Positions 50,271 through 63,048 of a stretch of DNA of 64,000 nt are shown here, piece after piece. The position numbers and the translations under genes are program-made. Each line of letters opens with the position of its first letter. Position 1 is the stretch's first letter. The stretch comes from Mobula birostris (taxonomy: Eukaryota): contig NC_092384.1 in the NCBI RefSeq assembly GCF_030028105.1, positions 9,911,423 to 9,975,422 on the forward strand, in the 5' to 3' direction. Under the pieces are notes generated by a model. The model saw nothing but the letters and a program-made list of their open reading frames with translations, was not told where the DNA came from and did not search any database.

Positions 50271-52460
50271 TTCTCCTCACCTTGGGCTACAGTTCATCCT
50301 CCATGCATTCTCCTGATCCATTTTCAACCATTAATGTTAGTCTCATCCACTTCTCACTCCCTTCCACTCCCACTGTTTCTCGATAAGTACTGAGTTTACT
50401 TCTGTCTTACGCACTCAGTCATCCTTGCTTTGCGAGCTAGACTTCCCAGTCATTCTGCTTCTTTCTGCTTTTTGACACACACTATTTCACATAGATGCTA
50501 AGATTATTAAAGGCAGTATTTTGAGCAAAAACTTGCCTTTGCTCCCCTCATCCATCTCCCTTGGTCTTTCTTTTCCACTAAATGGGATGCCAGCACACTG
50601 TCAAATAAAACTAACATGAGATGTAAAGTATTCGTTTTGTACCTGAAAACAGGGAATTGAACACAGCGACAAGTCATGCTTGTGTGGCTCCCTAATGGCC
50701 TCCCGCTTCACAGCAGGTATCCGCCTTCCCTCGTCATTTTCTGTTTACAGAACACACTGGAGGGAATTCCATCTTTGGGCACTAAGCAGGTGGCATAGAT
50801 CATTGAGAACGACACATCTCACACCAGAATATGCTTTTGAGAACACTTGCCTCTTGAGGATTATCACACACACACAGAATTCTGAACAAACAGGAACGAT
50901 GTTCACATTTACATACCTAATAATATTCTGTCACTGGTATATAAAGTACATTAATCTACATGGTATCCAGAGTCATCAGTTAGTCAAAAGCACACACGAC
51001 AAGCTGCACCAGCACAAAAGCAGGGGTTAACCATGAAATGTTTGCAGCCTTTCCCTCCCCTTACAAGTGTTCAGATGGCTGATTTCAGGGGAATTTCCAC
51101 CAAGCAGTTTTTGCCGTACTTCTCAAGTGTCATCATAACCAGGCCTTCAGACGATTGCACCAGAGAAATTAACACTCCCTCTAATTTTCCCTGCCCAACC
51201 GCTTAAAATAAATGAAAATCAATTAAAAATACAAAACAGAATAAAAACAAAATAAAAACAGAAATTTTGGAAACATCCAGCTGGTCAGGTAGAATCAGTA
51301 TCCATCTGTCTGTTGCATTCTCCAACACAAAATGCTGGAGGAAGCCAGATCAGGCCGCATTAATGGGGAGGAATGGGAATGTCCCATTCTCACACAGAAG
51401 ATGCCTGTAGCCCCAAAGTAGCCATAAAATCCATCCTCATTCTTCCTGCAAGTCATCCAAATGCATTCCTGGGGAAGTCTTGCAGCCTATCAGTCAGAAA
51501 GCTCCATCAGCAGCCTTATCACCACAGCGAATCTGCCCTTTTCCTTCATCCTCTCAATCCCTCCCACACCATTTAAAATTTAACTTGCCTCCACCTTCCC
51601 AGGTGCCAACATCTCTGAGGATCTATCCTGGGCCCAACATATCGATGCAGCTATCGAGAAGGCAGGACAGCAGCTGGATTTCATTAGAGTTCGAGAAGAT
51701 TTGGTATGTCACCAAAGACACTTGCAAGTTTATATAGAACTTTCTAACTGGCTGCATCATCATTTGGTTGGGGGAGGGATTCCACTGCACAGACTGATAC
51801 AAGCTGCAGAAAGTTGTAAACTCAGTCAGCTCTATCATGGGCACCAGCCTCCCCACGATCCATGACATCTTCAAGGAGAGAAGTCGCATTCATCATTAAG
51901 GACAAGGATCCCCATCACCCAAGACATGTCCTCTTCTCATTGCTACTATCAAGGGGGAGGTACAGGAGCCTGAAGGCAAAGATTCAATGATTCAGGAACA
52001 GCTTCTTCCCCTCTACCATCAGATCTCTGAATGAACATTGAATCCGAGAACACTACTGTAGTAACATCTACTTTGAAAAAGGCACACTCGACAACTTCAT
52101 GCCAAAGAAACGACTTCATCTCGAACGTCAAAACCGTTATGTATATACAGAGGCTTTCACAACCCACACGATATGGCAGGAACACTATATACAAATCACA
52201 CCGGAAATAAAAAGAATGGAAGTAAAACCCCCCATTATCCTAATTAGTATTAACTTACTTTTAATAATGCTCACATTACAACATTTCTCCACCTTTAAAA
52301 TCCAACATTCCCCAAATGTAAAAACTAGGAAATAAAAATAGTGGTGTTATTTACTTGCGTACCCCTGAAAACTTATACTAGTATCTCAGCAACAGTTTAT
52401 CAATGCAAAACATGACAGATTCAACATTCAATCTAACAACAACAAAAAAAAGCTGTCCCG

Positions 52461-55400
52461 TCAAAATTTCAGTCTGTCAAGAGGTTTACAAGTGCGCTGT
52501 GATCTGCGTACTACCCCCGGTGACCCAGCAAGCACTGCTGGTGAGGGTGTTTTGGGTGGATCTGGTTTAGGGGGCATGAGAGGGGTCTGTGTGTCTGCAT
52601 GAGAATGTCCATTTTCCTCAGGGGACCCCGACCCCTCTGCCAGCGTCTCGCCCTCTGACAAAGTCACTGGTGGACATGCTTCCACTGTAGTCTGTCTCAC
52701 AAATGGAAACTCCATGGAACTGTCTGCCTCTGAGCCGGTATCATGATACAGGCACACATGGTCCTGATGTCTGTGGAAAACACGCCCATCAGTCAGCCTA
52801 ACAACATAGGAGACGGGACCACTCTGTTTAAGAATAACCCCAGGCAGCCATTGCTGATTGTTTCTTACATAGACACTGTCATCTGGTTTTAACTGTCTCT
52901 CTCGCGCATGTTGATCATGTCCCTCTTTCTGCTTTTCCTGCTTTCTCTCCACTTTTGCCTTCATGTCTGGGCGCAGCAGGTCCAATCTTGACTTGTGCCT
53001 ATGCCCCATCAGCATCTCTGCTGGAGTGCGGGTGGTCGTAGTCTGTGGCGTGAGGCGGTATTTAAACAGGAAACGTGAAAGCTGAATGCTAAAAGAGTCC
53101 CCTGTCATCCGCTTCAGGCCTTCCTTCACTGTCTGAACAGCCCGCTCAGCCAAACCATTTGAGGCTGGGTGGAAAGGGGCCGTCCAAATGTGATGAATGC
53201 CATTCTGCTGCATGAACTCACTGAACAGTTCACTGGTGAATGTCGGGCCATTATCAGTGACCAGAGTGTCAGGCAACCAGTCGACTGCAAACACTTGCCT
53301 GAGTGTGTCGATGGTTGAGGAGGCTGTGATGTTGCTCATGATGTGAGCTTCGGTCCATTTAGAATGCACATCTACCATTACAAGAAACATCTGCCCCATA
53401 AAAGGGCCGGCAAAGTCAAAATGTAGCCTAGACCAGGGGTGGTCTGGCCACTCCCATGGATGCAAAGGAGCTGGTGTTGGCATATTCTGATTAGTCTGAC
53501 ATTGCGCGCATGATTTTACCTTGTTCTCCAGATCCTGATCCATTTCTGGCCACCAAACGTAGGATCTTGCAAGGCTTTTCATTCGAGACACTCCTGGGTG
53601 AGCCTCACGAATTTCCTCCACAATCTGTGAACGGCCAGGGGGAGGCATCATGACCCTGGCCCCCCCCCCCCCCCAGAAAATGCAGCCATCCTGCAGACTG
53701 AGTTCTGTCTTGCGTTTGGCATAAGGCCTCTGTTCCTCCCCTTCCACGACTCTGGGCCAACCTTGTAAAAGAAAAGTCTTGACTTGGGACAGGACTGGGT
53801 CCCTCTCTGTCCACTGCTTGATCTGGCTCACCTTTACAGGTGTCTCTGACAGCCTCTCCAATGAAAACACAGTCTCTGGAGGCACATATGTAGTAACAGG
53901 TGTCTCAGGTAAAGGTAGTCGACTCAGTGCATTGGCGTTTGCATTATCCCCACCCGCTCTGTACACTATAGTGTACCGGTAGGCTGACAACGTAAGAGCC
54001 CAACGCTGTATCCTGGCTGAGACTAGCGGTGGGATGCATCTAGTCTCACTGAACAGGCTCATCAGTGGTTTAAGGTCCGTATAAATTGTAAATATGCGTC
54101 CATAAAGGTACCGATGAAAGCGTTTGACTGCAAAAACAATGGCCAGACCTTCTTTGTCTAGCTGTGAATATCCCTTCTCAGCAGCTGTCAGGGTACAAGA
54201 AACAAAACCAATAGGCCTCTCCGAGTGGTCCTCCATTACATGTGAGAGAACTGCCCCAACTCCATAGGGCGAAGCATTGCATGCAAGGGTGATCTCCTTG
54301 TCTGGGTCATAGTGAACAAGCAGCTTTCCTGAGTGGAGGAGTTCTTTCACTTCCTTGAAAGCTTTCTCCTGCTCTTCACCCCACTGTCACTTAGTGTCAT
54401 TGTGAAGCAGTTTATACAGTGGGGTCAAAACCCTTGAGAGGTCAGGAAGAAACTTGCCATAATAATTCACCATGCCCAAAAATGATCTGAGTTCCGTGAC
54501 GGTCTTGGGGCTTGGGACCTCCTTAATAGCTCTCACTTTGTCCTCCACAGGACAAAACCCCTCAGCTGTGATCTGGTGTCCCAGGTAAGTCACACTCGAT
54601 GCCAGGAACACACATTTTCTGGGTTTCAACTGCAGCCCTGCATCTGAGAGCCTCTTCAGCATCCGTTCTAAATTAGCCAGATGCTCCACCTCCGTAGCCC
54701 CCGTGATCAAAATATCATCAAGGTACACTGCTACGTGTGGAATCCCCTGCAGCAAAGTGTCCATTGTCCTTTGGAAAATGGCAGGGCTGGATGCCACTCC
54801 AAACACCAGGCGATTGTACTTGAATAATCCCTTGTGCGTATTGATTGTGACGTACTCCTTTGAATCCTCGTCGAGCAGCAGCTGTTGGTAGGCGTGGCTC
54901 ATGTCCAGCTTTGTGAACAGTTTACCGCTGACAGGGCCGCAGACAGGTCATCCACCCGTGGCAATGGGTACTCCTCCAGCCTAGAGACCTGGTTCACCGT
55001 AAGTTTATAATCCCCACATATCCTCACCATTTTGTCTGCCTTCAAAACTGGAACAATGGGAGCCGCCCACCTTGAAAACTGGACAGGCTCATAATGCCCT
55101 GCCTCATAATGCCCAGCTTCTGTAAACGTTCCAGCTCCTCCTCGACTTTGCATTTCATGGCATAGGGCACCAAACTGGGCTTAAAAAAACGTGGTGTAGC
55201 CTCAGGGTCGACATGGAGTTTCACTGTCATGCCCTTCAGTGTTCCCAGCTTGTCTCTGAAAACGTCACTGCACCGCTGCAGAAAGTCCTCCGTCGTGTGA
55301 GCATACTTAATTTCATGCCAGCTTGGCCGGATTTTGCGAAGCCAATGGCGACCCAAAAGACTGGGCCCCCCACCCTTCAGCCTCTGACCCCCGGCTGAAA

Positions 55401-55635
55401 TGTCCACATATAACACCCCTAAATGAGGTATGGGCTGCCCCGTATAGGTCCTAAGTTTGAGCTTTGACGGTCGGATGGGAGGCAGGTTGGACCCCCATGT
55501 CCTCCTGTAGGTCTCCTTACTAATGACCGATGCAGTAGCCCCTGAATCAATCTCAAACTTAATGTCCTTTTTTCTGACAGTGACTGTGGCATAATATGGT
55601 TCAGTTGGTTCCTCATCTGTTTCCACTGCAAACAT
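52461..55635 (-). pseudogene. pol: Gypsy pol: protease, RT, RNase H, integrase
   Basis: FEIDSGA (PR); WAAPIVPVLK, RICGDYKLTVN, YLDDILI (RT); YSQLDKEGLA (RH); HPG..RMKSLARSYVWWP, DFAGPF, TDNGPTF, SNGLAERAV (IN); broken by frameshifts and a stop. Confidence 0.95.
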
Positions 55636-56444
55636 GTTGTAGGCACACGCTGCCTCTTCATCTGCTTCTTCTAGATGGTGTGTGGCTGCCTGAGCCTGTT
55701 GAGCTTTCCCCTACCCAGGCTTAATCTTATCCTTTGAACTCCAACACTTTTTAGCTAAGTGTCCCTTTTTGCTACAAGCATGGCAGACAGTGTCTTTGAA
55801 TTTGCAATCATTTGCATAGTGCGTCCCTCCACACCGGAAACATTCCACCCACTTTGCCTGTTTACCAGTCTCCCTCCTGACTTGGTGCACTGACACTGAC
55901 TGCGAACCCCCATGTCCTTTCTGGATATCCTTGACATTATTAGCAGCCACCTCCATGCCCTGGGCAATTTCTAAGGCTATCTTGAAAGTCAGCAGTGGGT
56001 TTCCCCTAACAGGCAGCGTTGTATGCCGTCATTATTCATGTCGCATACCAATCGATCACGGAGCATGTCTTCCAACACCACTCCAAAATCACAATGCTCC
56101 GACAGCTGCCGAAGCTCGGCCACAAAATTGGCCACAGACTGACCTGGCTTCCTGAAATGGCTGTGAAACTTACACTATTGGACTATCACAGAAGGTTTCG
56201 GATTGTAGTGGTTCCCCACGAGCTTGACCAGTTCGTCATATGGAATGTCCCCTGCTTTCCGCGGTGTGGCTAAATTCCTTATTAGCTTGTAAGTCTTTGC
56301 CCCACACGCACTCAGGAGAATAGAGCGCTTCTCAGCCTCCTCAGTAATTCCATTAGCACAGAAAAGGTGTCCCAACCTTTCCTCATATTCCGGCCAGTCC
56401 TCCGTTACTTCCACAAATTCAACAATAGTCCCAAACGTAGCCAT
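55636..56444 (-). pseudogene. gag: Gypsy gag with two zinc knuckles
   Basis: MATFGTIVEF...WPEYEERL...LLSACGAKTYKLIRNL; CFRCGGTHYANDC and CHACSKKGHLAKKC; interrupted by stops and frameshifts. Confidence 0.92.
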
Positions 56445-56766
56445 CTGAACATGAGGCCCCTTACCGGCGCTGCTGCTCCCGTTCGAAAGATGCCAACACG
56501 TCTACAAAGCCAAAAATATGTGGTATCTTCTACTTTGAAAAAGGCACACTCGACAACTTCATGCCCAAAGTAACAACTTTATCTCGAAAGTCAAAACCGT
56601 TATGTATATATAGAGGCTTTCTCAACCCATACGGCATGGCAGGAACACTATATTCAAAGCACACCAGAAATAAAAAGAACGGAAGTAAGACCCCCCATTA
56701 TCCTAATTAGTATTAACTTACTTTTAATAATGTTCACACTACAACTACCTCATTACTTTTTTGTAC

Positions 56767-56905
56767 NNNNNNNNNNNNNNNNNNNNNNNNNNNNNNNNNN
56801 NNNNNNNNNNNNNNNNNNNNNNNNNNNNNNNNNNNNNNNNNNNNNNNNNNNNNNNNNNNNNNNNNNNNNNNNNNNNNNNNNNNNNNNNNNNNNNNNNNNN
56901 NNNNN
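56767..56905. other. Assembly gap (139 N)
   Basis: Run of n characters. Confidence 0.99.
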
Positions 56906-57367
56906 ACGGTAATTCACAGCTTTTATTATTATATATTGCAATATACTGCTGCTGCAAGACAACAAATTTCATGACATATGCCAGTGATAATAAACATGAT
57001 TCTGATTTTCTCTAATTCGACTTGAAACATTGGCTCCACTTCTCTTTCCACAGACACAACTGAGTGTTTCCAGCATTTTATGTTCTTCAGTCCTTCTAGT
57101 TGAGGCTTTGGTTGTGGGAAAGGTAGACATGAGGTTGGATAATTTACTTCCATTTGTCAGACGTACTGTATATTGAAATACACAGTGAAAATGTGCTGTC
57201 TGTGTCAAATCAAATCAGCGAGGATTGTGCTGGGCAGCTCAAAGTGTTACCATGCTTCTGGTAACATGCCTGCAACTCATTAACTGTAACTGTACATGTG
57301 GGAGGAAACGCACAAGGTCAGGGGGAGATCCTACAAACATCTTGCAAACAGGAGCAAGAACCAAACC

Positions 57368-57980
57368 CCGTCTATCCATGGCCTCCTCTACTGTCACAGT
57401 CAGGTTGGAGGAACAGCACCTTATATTCCGTCTGGGTAGCCTCCAACCTGATGGCATGAACATTGATTTCTCTAACTTCTGTTAATGCCCCACCTCCCCT
57501 TCATACCCCATCCGTTATTCATTTATTTAATTTATTTATAGCAACTGCTTCAATAACTTCAATATGTTCAATAGCAATGGAATTATTCTAATCATTCAAT
57601 GGAAGCATTTATTATAATTTATTTATTTATTTATTTATTCATTCATTCATTCTCTCTCCTTTTTCTCCCTCTGTTCCTCTCACCTTGCCCATCCTCTGGG
57701 CTTCCCCCTTCCCCCTTTCTTTCTCCCTAGGCCTCCCGTCCCAAGATCCTCTCATATTGCTTTTGCCAATCAACTTTCCAGCTCTTAGCACCATCCCTCC
57801 CCCTTCTGTCCTCTCCTATCATTTCGGATGTCCCCCACCCCCTCCCACTTTCAAATCTCTTACTATCTCTTCTTTCAGTTAGTCCTGACGAAGGGTCTCG
57901 GCCCAAAACGTCGACTGTATCTCTTCCTAGAGATGCTGCCTGCCCTGCTGCGTTCACCAGCAACTTTTATGTGTGTTGCT
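57368..57980 (+). mobile_element. Penelope-like 3' fragment
   Basis: VRLEEQHLIFRLGSLQPDGMNIDFSNF; hammerhead at 57885-57916 with GAAA changed to AAAA; internal (attt)n/(attc)n patch. Confidence 0.88.
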
Positions 57981-58454
57981 CCAATGTTACACTGCTGGTT
58001 CTGTAAAATATTGCATTAACCATGATGATACTGTTCTGAGTTTCTACATATCAACATTTTGGCGATAAAATAACATGTGAGTGGATACTTGGACCAATGT
58101 GTACAATGTATTGTGGTCCTATTCTAATAGCTGATTGACAGCACAGTAAAAGTAGCTTTATACACAGTGCCTTACATGATATAATGTCTGAAGTATTTGT
58201 TTGTCATAGTTGATGCTTGAAAAAAGTCATTTCATGCCTTAATGATTTTTGTTAATGACAATACTTCTGGTATCTATCCAGGAGTGAAGACTGCTTGTAT
58301 TTTGGGGCTTCATTCAGTGGAGTTATGGAACAGCACATTATGTGAGTAGGTAGTTTAAATGGTTTGGCATGGATTAGATGGGCTGAAGGGCCGACTTTTC
58401 TATAACTCTACAACTCTATGACACAGTTCAATAGTTTTGAGTACAATAGATGAC

Positions 58455-60180
58455 TTGTTACAGAATGTCTTAAACATAAAACCCCTCTTGCCATTTTATT
58501 CACGAAACCTACTTTGGTGACCCCAATGCTCTAGAATGATTCCATTGCTATTGAACATATTGAAGTTATTGAAGCCATTGCTTTGAAATTACCAGGGTTT
58601 TTGGAGCAAAATGCCATTGCTTGTACAAATTGACGCCCAATTTGTGCTGCAGGAAATCACCACTGACAAGACATCACCGAATTTTTCAATGTAGTAGTGT
58701 CACCCAGCAGCTCTAAGGCTGCAAGAGTGGCGAGTATGTTAGAACATGATAAGTACCAATTGCTAAAAACTCACCTTTTACAGACTTTCAGACTATCAGA
58801 GTCTGAGCATGCCAAACAGTTGTTCACCTTGCCCATTCTCAGTGACGCTAAGCCATCGAAGCTAATGGACAACATGCTGTTTCTTCTGGAAAATCACTAT
58901 CCATGTTTTATTTTTAAAGAGCACCTCATGCATAAATTCCTGATCACGTTTACATAGCCCTTGCTAATGCACCTGTGAAACAGACTACGCCTGAATGCTA
59001 GTAAGTTCCAAGTACTTTGCAGCTTCGACAGTGCCAGTAGATTGGGACCTGAAGGCTTGAACACTCTGGGTTTCACACAAGGGTCGTCTACGGTTCATTA
59101 TGGACACCCTTTCAGGGCAACACTTCCTGTGTTCACAAGTGGGTGTATTGCCAGCATCGTCTGTTGATCAGAAGGAAAACAGCAACAAAACCTCGCTAGA
59201 GACTGCCAACGGCAGCAGGATCCAGACTTGTGGGACACGACGGGTGACGCTCTGCCTCAGTGGGTGATTTTACACATGGAACTTTGTCCTGATTAAAGTG
59301 GCTAGACCTCTGCTCGGTGCAGGTTTTCTGTGTGCTCAAGGGCTGCTAGTCAATCTTAAGAACTGCTGGCTTCTGGATGTCAAGGACTTTGGGTTATTAC
59401 CCTGCTCGCCTAGTAAGTTCCCCACGATGACTCTGCCAAGCCTATGCACCACTGCTTGTGAGTTTACTTGACTGCTGAGCCAATTTCCAAACCTCACTAA
59501 GTCCACATTCTCCACTACAGTCACAAAACAGGGGTCGAGCACCACATTTCTACATCTGGCCCGCCAGTCCATGCCTGTGCATGTAGACTGGACCCAGAAA
59601 AGCTGGCAACTGCAAAGGCAGAGTTTGCCAACATGGAAAGACTTAGCATTGTATGCTTGTTGAATAGCCTCTGGACTTCACCCGTCCATATGGTCCCTAA
59701 TTCTGATGGTGGGTGCCAGGTATGTGATTACCAATGTCTTAACAAGGTCACCACCCCTGATCATTACTCAGTCTCCCACATCCAAGACTTTTCAGCACAG
59801 TTAGCTGGAAAGTTTAGCTTTTACAAGTTGACTTAGTTAGGGGCTAGTATAAAGTGCCTGTGTGCTTGGAGAACATTCCCAAACAGTTGTGATAATCCTA
59901 TTTGCTCTTTTTGAGTTTCTGTGCATGCCGTTTGGGCTGAAAAATGCAGCAAAGGCTTTCTAACAGCTGATGGACTCTGTATTAAAAGAATTAAGATTTT
60001 TGTTTCGTTTACCTAGATGACATACTTGTCACCAGTCCATCCAAATCCGAACACGTCTCTTATCTCCACACACTTTTAGAGCACTTTAGCCAATAGAGGT
60101 TGATCATTAACCCTGCAAAATACCATTTAGGGTTGTTGACCATTGACTTTCTTGGCCATTGCATCTCCACAGAAGTTATC
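58455..60180 (+). mobile_element. Decayed CsRn1-like Gypsy element (PBS, gag, PR, RT; 3' truncated)
   Basis: TGGTGACCCC (tRNA-Trp-type PBS) at 58515; ALKLPGF..., KYQLLKTHLL...KPSKLMDNML gag; SLWTSPVHMVPNSDGG..CDYQCLNKVTTPDHY..HIQDF; MPFGLKNAA; YLDDILV. Confidence 0.85.
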
Positions 60181-60444
60181 AAAAAAAGCAACTCTTTTAT
60201 TCCCCCCTCACAAGGCAATTAGCACTCTTTGTTCACTCATTTTTATAAAGATGTAACCCTCTCCACAACTTTCCAATGAACATTTTGGGTGAACATGGCA
60301 AACTTAGTGATCAAACAGAAAGTCCCAAACACTGATCATCTCACTGGGTTTTTTCAGCAGATGATATCTGGCCTTCAGCTGGTGAAAGACTAATAGCCTA
60401 ACAGGTGACTGAAGATATAAACCACAGGAAAAACTGACTGTTAA

Positions 60445-60704
60445 AAGACAAGAGATCCTGTAGCTACTAGAAATCCAGAGCAACACACAAACTGCTGGAG
60501 GAACTCAGCAGGTCAGGCAGCATTTATGGAAAAGAGTACAACCGATGTTTTGGCCAAGACCCTACAGCAGGGGTCCTAATGAAGGATCTCGACCCAAAAC
60601 ATCGGCTGTTTATTCATTTTCGTAGATGCTGCCTGACCTACTGAGTTCTTCCAGCATTTTGTGTGTGTTGCTTTGGATTTCCAGCATGTGCAGAATCTCT
60701 CATG
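60445..60704. mobile_element. Fully palindromic Penelope-end mini-element
   Basis: Two ~125-bp inverted arms meet at cagg-ggt-cct (about 60568-60577); each arm carries a decayed hammerhead. Confidence 0.85.
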
Positions 60705-61985
60705 CCTGCAATTCATTGAACGGCTTTTAATGAGGATGAGGTTTAACTGAATGATGTAACTGCGCTCTCCAATGAGCAACTGAGGGCCTCATTACACAGG
60801 TAGGAAGCAACAGAATATGGCAAAATGAGAGCCAGATATGGACAGTTCAATAAGGAACACTAGTCACTTACTATCTTGTTAAAGTGGGTTATCAGACAGT
60901 AGGTATGTGTAGAATAAATGAATACTGCAGTATCTGAAAAAGTGACATAGGAACCTCTGCTGAGTTTCACTGCAGTGTCTGTTGTAACTTTAATGAGGTG
61001 AGTCCAAGCCTGGAATTTATTGAAAGTAAAGTATAATTTCACTTGGAAGTAAATTGAAATTGTGATTATTATCTGCAACTTCTGGGAGAGAAACGACTAT
61101 TGCCTGCAATGTAGATGCAACTTTATCAAGTGATGTTTCAAGGGCAGGGTTTAGGTTACATAAATTTTTTAGGGATATTCTGTCAATGGATGATCAGTGT
61201 TCTTTGCAAGTCAGCCAACAGTTCCCCTGCTACATTTAGTTGAACTACTCATGTAACATTTGTAAAGAGTTTTTCATCTGCTGTATGGTTTTGGATATAA
61301 CATGTCTCATTGAAGACATTGAAAAATTGCTGGCCTGTCCTCGTAAAGATTCTACAACACTTTCAATAAGTTTAACCAGGTGACTGTCGGATCTTATTCA
61401 GTATTGTTAAAAGTATACTTAGGCATCCATCCGGGTAATGCTAGAATAGTTGTCTGTGCCTTTAAGGGGAGACGGTGATGTCATTGCACATGTGCAGGAT
61501 AGTAGGGAGACCATTTTGCTTTCTGCTGAAGACGTGGTAGGGCATTCGAATTGGGTTCCTCCCAGAGTGTGCTGGGTATGGTGAGGAAAGATTTCCACGA
61601 GTGAAGGAGTTGACGCTGGGTAGCGAGCCTTATACAAATTTCCTCACCATCCAAGTAGGATTGCCGCTACCGTATTAGTACCATATTAGTTCTGGTATTT
61701 TTATATTGCATACGCAATTCTGTCCATACATGAGAGTGTAGATCGAAAGTTAAACTGATATTGTAATTGCAAGAACAGGTTGTAAATTCATTTGTTTTGT
61801 TTTGTACCCTCTTCTGGCACTTAAACATCTAAAACAGGTAAAGGAGCTAAAACCCAAAAAGTTTTTGTTGTCCTGAGTGTGTACTTTTCCCCAGGCTAAT
61901 AAGATTAGAGATTTTTTTCTGTCCTGTGACAATGTTTACCTTGAAATTAACTTACTAAAACAGATTAACCTGTCATCAGTAGTAC

Positions 61986-62192
61986 CACGCATAAAGTGCT
62001 GGAGGAGATCATCACGTCACTCAGCACCTATGAAAAGGAATAAACAGTCCACGTTTCGGGCTGAGACTCTTCATGAGCTTCAGCCCAAGACGTCGTCTGT
62101 TTATTCCTCTCCATAAATGCTGCCTGACCTGCTGAGTTTCTCCAGCATTTTGTGTGTGTTACTCATTTCCAGCATCTGCAGAATTTTTTATG
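61986..62192. mobile_element. Palindromic Penelope-end mini-element
   Basis: aggaataaacagtccacgtttcgggctga / tcagcccaagacgtcgtctgtttattcct inverted arms. Confidence 0.8.
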
Positions 62193-62431
62193 CTTTGTCA
62201 TCACTTCTTTGCTGTTTTTGTGGGAGCCTATCATAGGTGAACCAGCTCATGCATCTCTCAAGTGTAAAACCAAAACCTCAAATACATTTGGGGATGTCAC
62301 ATAGCTGTAAAGTTTGCTAATTAATTGTAAGTTCCATGGACAATGTTCCCTCGAATTTGTAATGAGCAGCGTTCTCCAAAATGTTGTGTTGTGCAAATTT
62401 TTGCTGAGTGTCAATAGCGTGTTTATGGAGT

Positions 62432-63047
62432 CCATTGCCAAGAAGGCCTACCAGCGCCTTTACTTCCTGAGAAAACTAAAGAAATTTGGCCTGTCCCCTA
62501 AAACCCTCACTAATTTTTATAGATGCACTGTAGAAAGCATTCTTCTAGGGTGCATCACAACCTGGTATGGAAGTTGTCCTGTCCAAGACTGGAAGAAGCT
62601 GCAAGAGATCGTGAACACAGCCCAGCACATCACACAAACCAATCTTCTGTCCTTGGACTCACCTTACACCGTACGCTGTTGGAGCAGTGCTGCCAGGATA
62701 ATCAAGGATACAACCCACCCAGCCAACAGACTTTTCGACCTCTTTGCTCCAGTAGATGTTTCAGGAGCTTGAAGACTCATACAACCAGATTTGGGAACAG
62801 CTTCTTTCCAACTGTGATAAGACTGCTGAACGGATCCTGACCTGGATCTGGGCTGTACCCTCCAAATATCCGGACCTGCCTCTCAGTTTTTGCACTACCT
62901 TACTTCCCATTTTTCTATCTTCTATTTATTATTTATAATTTAAACTCTTATCATATTTATTATTGATTTGTTCTCCAGGGAGCACAAAGCGCAGCATCAA
63001 GTATCACTGTGATGATTGTACGCTCTAGTATTAATTGTTTGGCGACA
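62432..63047 (+). mobile_element. Rex1/Babar 3' fragment, same subfamily as 13610-15295
   Basis: AKKAYQRLYFLRKLKKFGLSPKTLTNFYRCTVESILLGCITTWYG; high identity to 14630-15275. Confidence 0.92.
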
Positions 63048-63048
63048 A

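Larger units (their letters stand above)
52057..56743 (-). mobile_element. Full-length, disabled Ty3/Gypsy LTR retrotransposon (Mag-like)
   Basis: LTRs 52057-52280 and 56519-56743 (TG...CA); perfect TSD ACTAC (52052-52056, 56744-56748); minus-strand PPT aaaggtggagaaa; domain order gag-PR-RT-RH-IN. Confidence 0.96.
51600..57005 (+). mobile_element. Degenerate Rex1/Babar 3' fragment split by the Gypsy insertion (51600-52056 and 56749-57005)
   Basis: NISEDLSWAQHID...; 3' UTR gaacactac|ctcattac rejoins across the Gypsy; tail continues after the N gap. Confidence 0.75.

Noticed and set aside
52461-54350. 629-aa open RNase H-integrase ORF as a domesticated or active gene
   Set aside because: Conserved residues are altered (DAS to NAS, TDHKPL to TDLKPL, NADAL to NANAL, first zinc-finger His to Arg, poly-G expansion) and upstream gag/PR/RT are broken. 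This fits neutral decay with a chance open frame.
56730-57015. ORFs containing X runs
   Set aside because: Artefacts of translating the N gap.
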